The notes: a model not told the origin generated them from the letters alone. Shown: positions 8,888 through 17,601, numbered from the stretch's first letter. The stretch: 24,734 bases of DNA from Candidatus Dojkabacteria bacterium (GCA_003694175.1 RFKV01000056.1:1-24734); one strand, 5' to 3'. Program-made: numbers and translations.

Positions 8888-9994
8888 ATGGAACCCGTTC
8901 CTGTACCTAAAAATGTTATTGACGCTGAATTTAAGCTTTTTGGCAGTTTCACTGTAAGCCAATTTCTGAAAATATTGGCGGGGGGACTTATTTCATTGGT
9001 GATTTTTTTTGTAGAAATAAACATATTGATTAAAGCTCCGATTATGCTATTAAGCATCGGTGTTGGCTTTCTTATGGCTTGGGTTCCTAGATTTAGCTTT
9101 TTGTTTTGGGGCTTTGTCAAAGCAATATTTATATCTCCTAGATACGTGTGGACAAGAGAAGGATACGTACCAGAGATTCTTATGGAACCACAAAAAACAA
9201 AAAAGTATGAAGATCTAAAGGTTTCTGTTTCTAAAAGTACTAAAAAAGTCGACATAAACAGTCTACCTCTTGCGGAAATTCTCTCTCAAGGATCAAAGGT
9301 AAAAACCTCTGCGAAAGATCCAAGTACTGATTTACTTAGCAACGATCCTCTCGAAATTAGTTATCTGTCTCCAGGTTCTTCAGAAATTATCAATAAATAC
9401 TTCGAACAATACCAAAAAAATGAAGAAGCTAAAGAGAGTTTAAATAATAAAAATCTGAATACAAACACACAATCTTTAAGCGACAGAACATCAGGCGAAG
9501 CATCACTTATTAAAAAAAGGAAATTGCCAACAAATGCCAAAGAACTGGCAGCTGAAATAAAAAGGCTTAAGTTTGAACTTTTTAAACTTAAAAAAGATGC
9601 CAACTACACAGCTAACGAAAAAAAGATTATCGATCAAATAAATGAGCTATACAGAGAAATCAAACTTTTAATAAGTAAACAAGATACCAACAATCTACCA
9701 AATACTTCAATACAAAACCAAACTAAGACTAATAACACAGAAGGTAAAGAAGTATTTGGTATTGTTGTAAATAAAACTAATATTCCAGTAGGTGAATCTA
9801 AGGTGATTTTTATAAGTCAAAATGGTGAAAAAATCGAAACAATTACTGGGACTGATGGGAAATTTTCAACTCATAAAAAACTACCATTTGGAGAATATTC
9901 AGTCAGTATTGAAAAACCTGGTATGAAATTTCACAGCTATAAAATTACGATTGGAACCGAGGTACTACCCGCTTTTAAGTTTAGAGAAAGATGA
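8888..9994 (+). CDS. PrgI-family (VirB3-like) membrane protein with coiled coil and C-terminal carboxypeptidase-regulatory-like beta domain
   Basis: MEPVPVPKNVIDAEFKLFGSFTVSQF followed by two TM helices is the PrgI pattern. The C-terminal GIVVNKTNIPV..SKV....TGTDGKF....LPFGEYSVSIEKPG is CarboxypepD_reg-like. I placed the start at ATG 8888, 1 nt after the upstream TGA, rather than at the track start 8864. Confidence 0.8.
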   Translation: MEPVPVPKNVIDAEFKLFGSFTVSQFLKILAGGLISLVIFFVEINILIKAPIMLLSIGVGFLMAWVPRFSFLFWGFVKAIFISPRYVWTREGYVPEILMEPQKTKKYEDLKVSVSKSTKKVDINSLPLAEILSQGSKVKTSAKDPSTDLLSNDPLEISYLSPGSSEIINKYFEQYQKNEEAKESLNNKNLNTNTQSLSDRTSGEASLIKKRKLPTNAKELAAEIKRLKFELFKLKKDANYTANEKKIIDQINELYREIKLLISKQDTNNLPNTSIQNQTKTNNTEGKEVFGIVVNKTNIPVGESKVIFISQNGEKIETITGTDGKFSTHKKLPFGEYSVSIEKPGMKFHSYKITIGTEVLPAFKFRER

Positions 9995-10005
9995 TCTTTA
10001 AAATC

Positions 10006-10014
10006 TGATATAAT
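10006..10014 (+). promoter_or_regulatory. Extended -10 promoter (TGATATAAT) for tRNA-Leu/secG
   Basis: Perfect TGn-TATAAT ending 15 nt before the tRNA 5' end. Confidence 0.6.
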
Positions 10015-10029
10015 TTTGAGGAAATAAGT

Positions 10030-10112
10030 GCCGAAGTGGTGGAATGGTAGACACTGCGGACTTAAAATCCGTTGCTCGATGGAGCGTGAGGGTTCGAGTC
10101 CCTCCTTCGGTA
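10030..10112 (+). tRNA. tRNA-Leu(TAA)
   Basis: Acceptor stem GCCGAAG/CTTCGGT, D loop with GG, anticodon stem GCGGA/TCCGT, loop CTTAAAA (anticodon 10063-10065), long variable arm GCTC-GATG-GAGC, T arm GAGGG-TTCGAGT-CCCTC, discriminator A. CCA is not encoded. Confidence 0.97.
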
Positions 10113-10136
10113 TGATTTATTTTTGTTTTGTTCATT

Positions 10137-10364
10137 ATGAGAAATATCGTTAAGTTATTAATTGTAGTGGTAGGTTTTGCTTTAGTCACATCTATATTGC
10201 TACAAAACAAAAGCGGAGGTTTAGGAGCGGTGTTTGGCGGATCATCCGGAGGGGAAACCTATAGATCAAAAAGAGGTTTAGAAAGATTTTTACAAAATTC
10301 CTCTATAATTCTAGCAGTGATTTTTGCACTGCTTTCCTTAGCTTTCTTTGTGGTTGAAGATTAA
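10137..10364 (+). CDS. secG: Preprotein translocase subunit SecG
   Basis: Two TM helices flanking [16 protein letters not shown]...[13 protein letters not shown] at 10137; the track uses TTG 10128. Confidence 0.95.
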   Translation: MRNIVKLLIVVVGFALVTSILLQNKSGGLGAVFGGSSGGETYRSKRGLERFLQNSSIILAVIFALLSLAFFVVED

Positions 10365-10373
10365 TAATTTGGC

Positions 10374-12320
10374 GTGTCCAAGTTTTTACTATTACTTGAG
10401 AAACTATTTTATTTAGCTAGAGATTTCCTTTGGAGCTATCCTGACCTGTTCTTAGGTAGAGAGTCGCTAGTTTTTCGTTTATCAAAAATCTACAAAAAAC
10501 TTATACCCTTATCCCATATTTTAGTTTCATTTTCCCTGACCATCCTAATCATTAGCTTTATAACGTCAACTCCCTTAAGATTATATATCACGTTAAACAG
10601 AGAAAAGACACTAGTTGAAGGTGTAATAACTGGTGCTAATGAATTTGGTGAGACAAATAAAATTACTAGCATAAATCCCATCATTTCTTCAAGCCTTCAA
10701 GCAGAAAGAGACATCGTAGAATTGATTTATGAGCCACTGCTTAAGGTTGTATTTAAGGCACAACCTGGGGATAAGTTTGATCAGGAGTTTAGACTATACT
10801 TGGCAAAAGAAATAAATACGTTTGCAACAGGTGCGGAATATCAAATAGTACTTAGAGACGATGTATATTGGCATGATGGAACTAAATTTTCAGTTGATGA
10901 TGTCATAGCAACTTTTGACCTGGTTGCATCACTATCAACCCCAAATGCAAACTCACAAGTATTATCGCAGATGTTATGGGAACCTGTTGGAAACAGTATA
11001 AGGATATGCACAAAAGTAACTCAACAATCAAAGTCTTGCAGCGAACCAGGAGAAAAACCCTTTTTCTCAAATTTTTTGGAACTGATTTCCGTCAAAATAT
11101 TACCGAAACATAAAATTGGCGATATAAACAGAGCAAATTTTGATAGCAGTATACCTGAGATATTTAGGTCACCTATCGGAACTGGCCCATACAAGTTTTC
11201 AGGCGTGAGCGAAAATAGCGTGAATTTGACGTATAACGATCTTTATTATCAAAAAGATTTCAAACCCGGCATCAAAAGTATCCAGTTCAAATTTTTTAAG
11301 TCGATTGAAAAAGCCTTAAATGCACTCAAAGCTTCCGAAATACATTCATTCGCAACTCCATCGTCAGAATTTAAGAGAGAGATGTCATCATTTCCGAATA
11401 TTTCCCTAAACGTAAGTCCCGTATTATATAACCAGTATTGGGCTATCTATATAAATCTCAGGAAAGATCCTCTAGGCAACCCTATTGGCTCTAAAGCGCT
11501 GCAGGACCCTAAAGTTCGCCAAGCATTACATTATGCGTTGAATCGTGAAGAAATGATTAGCATATCAATGGATTCTCTGGGTAAACCTGCTAGCGGTCCT
11601 ATACCTTCAATCTCTTCATTTTTCAACCCTGAGGTGGATTTTAGTGAGTACAACATCAAAAAAGCTGAAGAACTTTTAGATGAAGCAGGTTGGTATAGAT
11701 TTAGTACAAATAAGTATAGGGTGAATGAAGCAGGAGAGGAACTATATTTCAAACTCTATTTTGTAGATTCTATAGACAGAAGAAATCTTGCAAACTACAT
11801 AAAAATTGCATATGAAAGAGTGGGAATAAAAGTGGATATATCAAGCAATGAGAGGTCTTTTGGATTAACTCTACAAGAGCTCAACAGTCAATACTTAAAT
11901 AAGGGCCTTTTTGATGCAGTAATCTATGGAGTTTCTACTTTTATTGATCCTGATAGATTTGAACTTTTTCATTCTTCTCAATCAAAGTATCCCGGTCTAA
12001 ACATTTCTGGATACATAAGTTCAGAAGTTTCAAAAGTAGTTGGTCAAAAAAATGGAAAAAAAGATGTAGTAGACGTTCCGAAGGTAGACAAAATTTTGGA
12101 GGAGGCCAGATCATTAGATCCCGTTGAACTGTATAATATCAGAAAGGATAGGTATTACGAATTTCAAAAAATTTTACATAAAGATATGCCTTTAGTGTTT
12201 CTGTTTCATCCACAGTTTATTTACTATACCAACAAAAAAGTTGTAAACGTAAACTTATCAAGAGTAAACTCAATAGAAGAGCGCTTTTTAAATATTTCTG
12301 ATTTCATATTAGTGGAGTGA
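10374..12320 (+). CDS. ABC transporter substrate-binding protein, family 5 (OppA/DppA-like), TM-anchored
   Basis: ELIYEPL, YQIVLRDDVYWHDGTKFSVDDVIATF signature, PIGTGPYKF, DPKVRQALHYALNRE, AEELLDEAGW. Has an N-terminal TM and no lipobox. Confidence 0.92.
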   Translation: MSKFLLLLEKLFYLARDFLWSYPDLFLGRESLVFRLSKIYKKLIPLSHILVSFSLTILIISFITSTPLRLYITLNREKTLVEGVITGANEFGETNKITSINPIISSSLQAERDIVELIYEPLLKVVFKAQPGDKFDQEFRLYLAKEINTFATGAEYQIVLRDDVYWHDGTKFSVDDVIATFDLVASLSTPNANSQVLSQMLWEPVGNSIRICTKVTQQSKSCSEPGEKPFFSNFLELISVKILPKHKIGDINRANFDSSIPEIFRSPIGTGPYKFSGVSENSVNLTYNDLYYQKDFKPGIKSIQFKFFKSIEKALNALKASEIHSFATPSSEFKREMSSFPNISLNVSPVLYNQYWAIYINLRKDPLGNPIGSKALQDPKVRQALHYALNREEMISISMDSLGKPASGPIPSISSFFNPEVDFSEYNIKKAEELLDEAGWYRFSTNKYRVNEAGEELYFKLYFVDSIDRRNLANYIKIAYERVGIKVDISSNERSFGLTLQELNSQYLNKGLFDAVIYGVSTFIDPDRFELFHSSQSKYPGLNISGYISSEVSKVVGQKNGKKDVVDVPKVDKILEEARSLDPVELYNIRKDRYYEFQKILHKDMPLVFLFHPQFIYYTNKKVVNVNLSRVNSIEERFLNISDFILVE

Positions 12321-13081
12321 TATCAGTAATTAAAGATAGACAAGACTATAACAATCTAATACAAGCATGCGAGATATCAAAAAAGATACTAAGGGTAGTA
12401 GTTTCACAAGTTAAAGAAGGAAACACTCCTTTTGAAATAAACGAACTGACAAAAAGTCTTTGTAAACAATATAATTGCAAGCCAGCGTTCTTTGGCGTTA
12501 AAGGTCCTAAGGGCCCTTTCCCAGGATACCTCTGTATTTCAACCAACGATGAAGTTTTACACGGGGTTCCTCTCTCGAAGAGGGAGTTTAAATCTGGCGA
12601 TGTTGTAAAAGTTGACTTTGGATTATATGCCTATGGTATGTATACAGACCATTGTGTTAACGTAATTGTTGGTGATGTTTCCGAGCAAGTTAAGAAACTT
12701 GTTGAGATCTCAAAGTTGTGTATTGAAAAAGGTATAGAAAATGCCATTTCAGGAGGATGGACAGGTGATATTTCAAATGCAATGGAAACTGTCTGTAAAT
12801 TATCAAAAGTAGACTTCGTTAAAACTTTTTGTGGTCACGGCATAGGTAAAAAATTACACATGGATCCAGAAGTACTAACATATGGTGAAAGAGGAACTGG
12901 AACCAAACTTATTGAAGGCATGGTTTTAACGATTGAAAATCAGATCACATCAGGATCTGCAGACCTCTACTTAGACAAAGACGGGTGGACCCTAAAAACT
13001 AAAGACGGAAGCTTAGCATTTATGACAGAACACATGATAATTATCCGAAAAAAACAAGCTGAAGTACTAACTAGAATTTGA
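12317..13081 (+). CDS. map: Methionine aminopeptidase type I
   Basis: CISTNDEVLHGVP, metal ligands in VKVDFG (D), YTDH (D), GHGIG (H), TIEN (E), TEH (E). The GTG start overlaps the upstream TGA by 4 nt. Confidence 0.96.
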   Translation: MISVIKDRQDYNNLIQACEISKKILRVVVSQVKEGNTPFEINELTKSLCKQYNCKPAFFGVKGPKGPFPGYLCISTNDEVLHGVPLSKREFKSGDVVKVDFGLYAYGMYTDHCVNVIVGDVSEQVKKLVEISKLCIEKGIENAISGGWTGDISNAMETVCKLSKVDFVKTFCGHGIGKKLHMDPEVLTYGERGTGTKLIEGMVLTIENQITSGSADLYLDKDGWTLKTKDGSLAFMTEHMIIIRKKQAEVLTRI

Positions 13082-13135
13082 CAATGCTCTAACTGCAAAA
13101 TCATAATAGAATTTCACAAAAAAGAAAAAAACTTT

Positions 13136-14809
13136 TCAAAACCTTGCAGCCGTATAGTGACTGTAAAAGATGTCTTCGGCAATTAACTCTCCTGCTTCAT
13201 AAACTTTTCTTAAAAATGATCCTTTAAATCTCCCATATCCAAAATCATCCCACTTTTTCCAATCTAACAACTCTACTTTCCTTTCAGGCTGTTGAGAACT
13301 TGTTAAAACACTTACTCTTTTATACTCATAACCATTTTCTTGCCATCTATCAACTTTTAGCATAATTGGAAACTTTGTATTATTTATAAATTTCAAATCA
13401 ATCTTAGGATGTGTTTGATACGCGGCATCTACTAGATTTAGTGGATAAGGCCATTCATAGGATGGCACATTTATTGAATGCCACCATCTTTCTGTTATTA
13501 GTAAGCCACTTTCTAAAGCTGCCCTAAATATTGTGGTTGAAGAGTTGCAAATACCAAAATCTATTGGCTTGTGGCTTTTTGTTACCCAACCACCATTGAC
13601 AAATGTGGGTCTAAGGGCATTGAAAAATGAGAATTCTTCTCCAGGCTCAACCACAAAACCGTTTATTTCGTCAAGACCTATACGAGCACTGACCATCGAT
13701 GGATTGATTACTACTACACCATTGTTTTGGTTAAAAACTGAAATCCTCGTTTCTCCAAAACCTAAAACCTTGGTGAAGTCATACACCTTTAGATTTGGAT
13801 TGTTGTACCATTCCGGGTACTTTTCTTCCAGTGAAATAAATTGATAAGCGTTTTTTGAGTTTAGATAAGCCAGTATTACATCAACTGTAAGATCACTGGA
13901 TAGATACACACCTTTGGAAAAATTTCTAAATACATAAACTTTTCCGTTATCATATCTTACGTCTCCTGGATCAAAAGGTTTCACTATCCTCTGTACTGAG
14001 TCTCGTATTAACGAATCTAATAGCTCTTTATTGTACATTAGCCACACATCATGCTGTGGGTTGTAGTCAAGCGAGGCCAGAATTTGGTCTTTTGAATCTA
14101 GGAAATATAATTGCTGTTGTAAATTTGATATACCATTTAAATAAATCTTACAATAAAAGTACAAATTGCTAATAAATTCATTTGTTCCCAAATAAATGGT
14201 TATATTTCCTTTAGATGCTATAAATTTTTTAATTTGAGAATTTATCGAGTAGATCTCATCTGGACTTACGTAATAACTATCTTTTCCACAGTTTTTGATA
14301 TTACCATTAGCATCAATATATGGTGCATTTGATAATTCAGTTGTTAAGTTTAACTTAGGCAGTAGATCATTTATATCAACAAATAACAAAGAATTGATTA
14401 ATTCGTTTAAGCGAGCTTTATCAAATAAATTCAAAAATTCAAATAAAGTTTTAATAAAATTACCTTTACCAAAATTTTTTAGTTTTTCTACGTCAACACT
14501 AAACTTAATGTCGGCAATATTGAGAAATTTATCTTCCCCATATACTCTGAACCTAAACTCATTAGAACCTGCTAAATTGGTAGTCAGAACTAAATCAACT
14601 AAATTAGCCCCATCCAAAGTATCTATATCCATTAAGGATAAGTCACGACCATAGATTTTAATCCCGGGAGGCAGCTTATTTTTTAACGCAATGTTTGAAA
14701 TCCCAAATATTGTTGCAGAAACCAGTAGAAAAGCAAATGCAAAAACAATAAGTGTAGATAAAACAAAATTAAGTAAGCTATCTTTTCTTTTTTTTCTATT
14801 TCTAAACAT
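13136..14809 (-). CDS. VanW-family membrane-anchored cell-envelope protein
   Basis: N-terminal TM. C-terminal VanW core: INGFVVEPGEEFSF, GICNSSTTIFRAALESGL.ITER..HS, DLKFINNT..PI. Confidence 0.88.
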   Translation of the reverse strand: MFRNRKKRKDSLLNFVLSTLIVFAFAFLLVSATIFGISNIALKNKLPPGIKIYGRDLSLMDIDTLDGANLVDLVLTTNLAGSNEFRFRVYGEDKFLNIADIKFSVDVEKLKNFGKGNFIKTLFEFLNLFDKARLNELINSLLFVDINDLLPKLNLTTELSNAPYIDANGNIKNCGKDSYYVSPDEIYSINSQIKKFIASKGNITIYLGTNEFISNLYFYCKIYLNGISNLQQQLYFLDSKDQILASLDYNPQHDVWLMYNKELLDSLIRDSVQRIVKPFDPGDVRYDNGKVYVFRNFSKGVYLSSDLTVDVILAYLNSKNAYQFISLEEKYPEWYNNPNLKVYDFTKVLGFGETRISVFNQNNGVVVINPSMVSARIGLDEINGFVVEPGEEFSFFNALRPTFVNGGWVTKSHKPIDFGICNSSTTIFRAALESGLLITERWWHSINVPSYEWPYPLNLVDAAYQTHPKIDLKFINNTKFPIMLKVDRWQENGYEYKRVSVLTSSQQPERKVELLDWKKWDDFGYGRFKGSFLRKVYEAGELIAEDIFYSHYTAARF

Positions 14810-14929
14810 CTAAAATCCAACAAATACTCTCAATGAATCCTATGAAGTGTAAAACGTTTTTTTTATAATTTCAAATTATCACAATCTCCAATTTAAGAAA
14901 TAAATTAGACTATACTAAACTGCTTATTA

Positions 14930-14938
14930 TGGTATAAT
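14930..14938 (+). promoter_or_regulatory. Extended -10 promoter (TGGTATAAT), likely giving a leaderless transcript of the PGK paralog
   Basis: Perfect TGn-TATAAT ending 6 nt before ATG 14945. Confidence 0.6.
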
Positions 14939-14944
14939 TCGGGC

Positions 14945-16072
14945 ATGAAGTTTTTAGGAGAAGATAAGATCAAAGACTGTACCGTCTTGGTGAGGACGAA
15001 TTTTGATATGGATCTTGATAATGGTACGGTCGTAGATAATACCCCAATCTTAGCAATCCTGCCTACTTTAGAATTTCTGATAAAAGGAAATAACAGGATA
15101 GTAATTTTATCGAGCCTGGGAGATTTTACTGGTGAGGCTAGAGATGAAAGTAGTCTCTTGCCAGTGAGATTCGAAATAGCTAGACAAATTGGAAAAACTG
15201 TCAAATTTGTTTCAGCAAGTAATCCAGTAAACTCAATAAAGTATATGGTTCCGACAGATGTTTTGCTGATCGAAAATCTTTTTTTTCACAATGAAGAGCT
15301 ACCGACGACGTCAGAAGAGCAAAGATTAAGTTTTTTTAAGCCTTTTTTGGATTTTTGTAATGTCTATATAGATGAAAGTTTTGGTGTAGATGAAAATTTG
15401 TCATCTGTGTCTTGGCTGAAAAAAAAGTTTAAAAACGTGTACTATGGGATTCAATACCAAAAAGAGCTAAAAGTATCTAAATCAATCAGTTCTTACCCAA
15501 GTCCCAAAATTGCAATATTAGGTGGTGAGTTGACAAGTTCTAAATTAAACCTAATGATTAGAAACACAGGTAAGTTCGATAAGTTTTTGCTTGGTGGTTT
15601 CCTTGCAAAAGCAATTATTGACTTCATTGAAAAAGGAAGTACTTTTGGGAGTTTCACTAATGAAATAGCACGTGTAGTAGAAAAAATACAAAACAAGGAA
15701 ATTGATGTTTTGCTACCAATTGATCACATCTGCACAGATACAAGTAACAATTCAGTTGAAGTTCAAACTCAATCTTGTCCAAATGAATATGAACCTAAAG
15801 ATATTGGGCCTAACACCCTAATTTTGTTTAGGGAAGTTATTGAAATGGCTGAAACAATTTTATGGTGCGGTCCTATGGGAGCATATAAAGATGAAAGATT
15901 TAACATTGGTACGGAAGCCATAGGCGAATATATTGCACTTTCTGCTTCAAGAAAGGCTAACAAAATAGCTTGTGGGAAAATTACCTTAGAATCTATATCA
16001 AAATTAAAGATAAAACATAAAAGATTCACACACCTTTCTCTAGCTGAAGACAAGTTCCTAGACCTAATTTGA
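14945..16072 (+). CDS. Phosphoglycerate kinase-family protein, degenerate paralog (probable pseudokinase or neofunctionalised)
   Basis: PGK scaffold is recognisable throughout (VLVRTNFD, LLIENL, AILGG, LLGG, LLPIDH, DIGPNT, LWCGPMG). Substrate-binding and catalytic motifs are substituted. The ORF is intact at 375 aa. Confidence 0.88.
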   Translation: MKFLGEDKIKDCTVLVRTNFDMDLDNGTVVDNTPILAILPTLEFLIKGNNRIVILSSLGDFTGEARDESSLLPVRFEIARQIGKTVKFVSASNPVNSIKYMVPTDVLLIENLFFHNEELPTTSEEQRLSFFKPFLDFCNVYIDESFGVDENLSSVSWLKKKFKNVYYGIQYQKELKVSKSISSYPSPKIAILGGELTSSKLNLMIRNTGKFDKFLLGGFLAKAIIDFIEKGSTFGSFTNEIARVVEKIQNKEIDVLLPIDHICTDTSNNSVEVQTQSCPNEYEPKDIGPNTLILFREVIEMAETILWCGPMGAYKDERFNIGTEAIGEYIALSASRKANKIACGKITLESISKLKIKHKRFTHLSLAEDKFLDLI

Positions 16073-16101
16073 TTTCTCAGTTATGGAACACAACACTGAC
16101 C

Positions 16102-17601
16102 TCAAACTGAACCAACAGGCAATACGTCCAAGATGTTGATTCCAATAATTCTCAGGATGACAATGCTAAATATCAAAACTACTAGACCGGTAAAGAGTTG
16201 AATCAAATTCTCCCTAGCTTTTTTTACAGCTTCTTCTTCCCCCTTCATATATTGCAAGCCAGCTATTATTAATAAAACCAACGCTATACCTCCCACTACC
16301 CCAAAAATAATACGTATTACCCCTGTAATAATTCCCAAAGGTGAAGGATCAACACATCCTATTGCCGTCCAGACACCACCTTGTTCTACACATTTTTTAC
16401 ATTGTAAATACCCCTCACTTCCACCTACTCCATTCGGAGAATTGTTTGTTCCAGAATATATACAGGCTTGAGTCAGAGATGCATTATTGGCTACAGAAGA
16501 CAATTTTCTTACAGGTGATTTTGGGCTGGAACCACTCCCACCTCTTCCTCCACCAGTGCCACTTCTAACAGCGTCTGGATCACAAACTATAGCCTGACTA
16601 GTACCCTCTTCTAAACCTATTATTTCCCCTGCAGAATAACATTTCCTACATTCATTATCTTTATTTACGTACAGATCTTCACTTAAAACAACTTTTTTAT
16701 CATCAGTCAAAGTGCATCCCGATTTTTCAGCACAAACAAAACCAGAACCATTGTTGTCGACCTTACTTACTCCGACTTCATTAATTAGGTCTCCGATTGG
16801 AATTCCTTGTACATAAAGAGGCCCATTCTCACCCACCTCTTCACCGTGTGTTATCACATAACCATACGGCTCATCTGTAACTTGGTTTTGCCCAAAGATA
16901 TTTTTATTGACTCGTTCTCTTTCTTCTTTGGGATTACCATTTTTGATTTTAAGTACAAGCTCCTTACTACCATCTTTATTTTTAATATGGTACTCACAAG
17001 CATCATAATATTCATAAATAAGATACTGCGGTCCTGGATCACGACAACAAATTAAAGAAATTTCTGTTCTATCTTGATAATTAGGATTAAAAAGGGTACC
17101 TCCATACCTAACCGTGGCTCTATAGCCCTTTGGACAACAACCCCATGCTGTAATACCATCTTCTGAAGTACCCTTGGATGGTATTAATCCTTGCGGGCAC
17201 ACCCTTACAGCCATTCTATTTCCTATTTTAAAATCAACGCCTAGTACACCAAAGATAGTTATTAACTGTCCAGAAAACTTGCTTGGATCATAACAAATAT
17301 TCATCCAATCATTAGGGTATTTGTTTTTTAAAGCTTCAACAAAATAATCCATCGACATTCCACCATAAAATTCTAGACTTTCTGAAGCCGCAAGATTAAT
17401 GTTTCCGGGAGGGCATTTGCCGTAGTTTGGCGTACAGTTCTTTCCAAAGCCTGCAACTGGTTGCACAATTATCTTTTCTGTTGGTTGAGGTCCTGTCTGT
17501 TGAGCCGACAAAATACGTACAAAGCTAATCGTGACTAGTACACAAAAGGAAATAACCAATACGAAATAAAGTTTTATGTTAACTTTGTATCGCAGTTTCA
17601 T
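16102..17601 (-). CDS. Large Cys-rich secreted protein with C-terminal TrbC/VirB2-type (T4SS_pilin-like) domain
   Basis: N-terminal signal/TM. The C-terminal ~99 aa read GVWTAIGC..., a TM, AGLQYM..EE.VKKARE.L, a second TM, LRIIGINIL, which is the CPR pilin pattern. 19 Cys in total. Confidence 0.82.
   Translation of the reverse strand: MKLRYKVNIKLYFVLVISFCVLVTISFVRILSAQQTGPQPTEKIIVQPVAGFGKNCTPNYGKCPPGNINLAASESLEFYGGMSMDYFVEALKNKYPNDWMNICYDPSKFSGQLITIFGVLGVDFKIGNRMAVRVCPQGLIPSKGTSEDGITAWGCCPKGYRATVRYGGTLFNPNYQDRTEISLICCRDPGPQYLIYEYYDACEYHIKNKDGSKELVLKIKNGNPKEERERVNKNIFGQNQVTDEPYGYVITHGEEVGENGPLYVQGIPIGDLINEVGVSKVDNNGSGFVCAEKSGCTLTDDKKVVLSEDLYVNKDNECRKCYSAGEIIGLEEGTSQAIVCDPDAVRSGTGGGRGGSGSSPKSPVRKLSSVANNASLTQACIYSGTNNSPNGVGGSEGYLQCKKCVEQGGVWTAIGCVDPSPLGIITGVIRIIFGVVGGIALVLLIIAGLQYMKGEEEAVKKARENLIQLFTGLVVLIFSIVILRIIGINILDVLPVGSV

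Noticed and set aside
8888-10112. Integrative conjugative element inserted at tRNA-Leu (prgI next to a tRNA)
   Set aside because: No integrase, relaxase or VirB4 in the window, no second copy of the tRNA 3' end (att repeat) seen, and flanking genes are housekeeping with similar composition.
9998-10210. 70-aa minus-strand ORF over the tRNA
   Set aside because: It is the antisense reading of tRNA-Leu and the start of secG.
13136-14809. Vancomycin resistance locus
   Set aside because: VanW alone does not confer resistance. No vanH/A/B/X/R/S genes are present.
14945-16072. Calling the second PGK a pseudogene
   Set aside because: The ORF is uninterrupted and near full length, keeps structural motifs and has a perfect promoter element. 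Losses are concentrated on functional residues.
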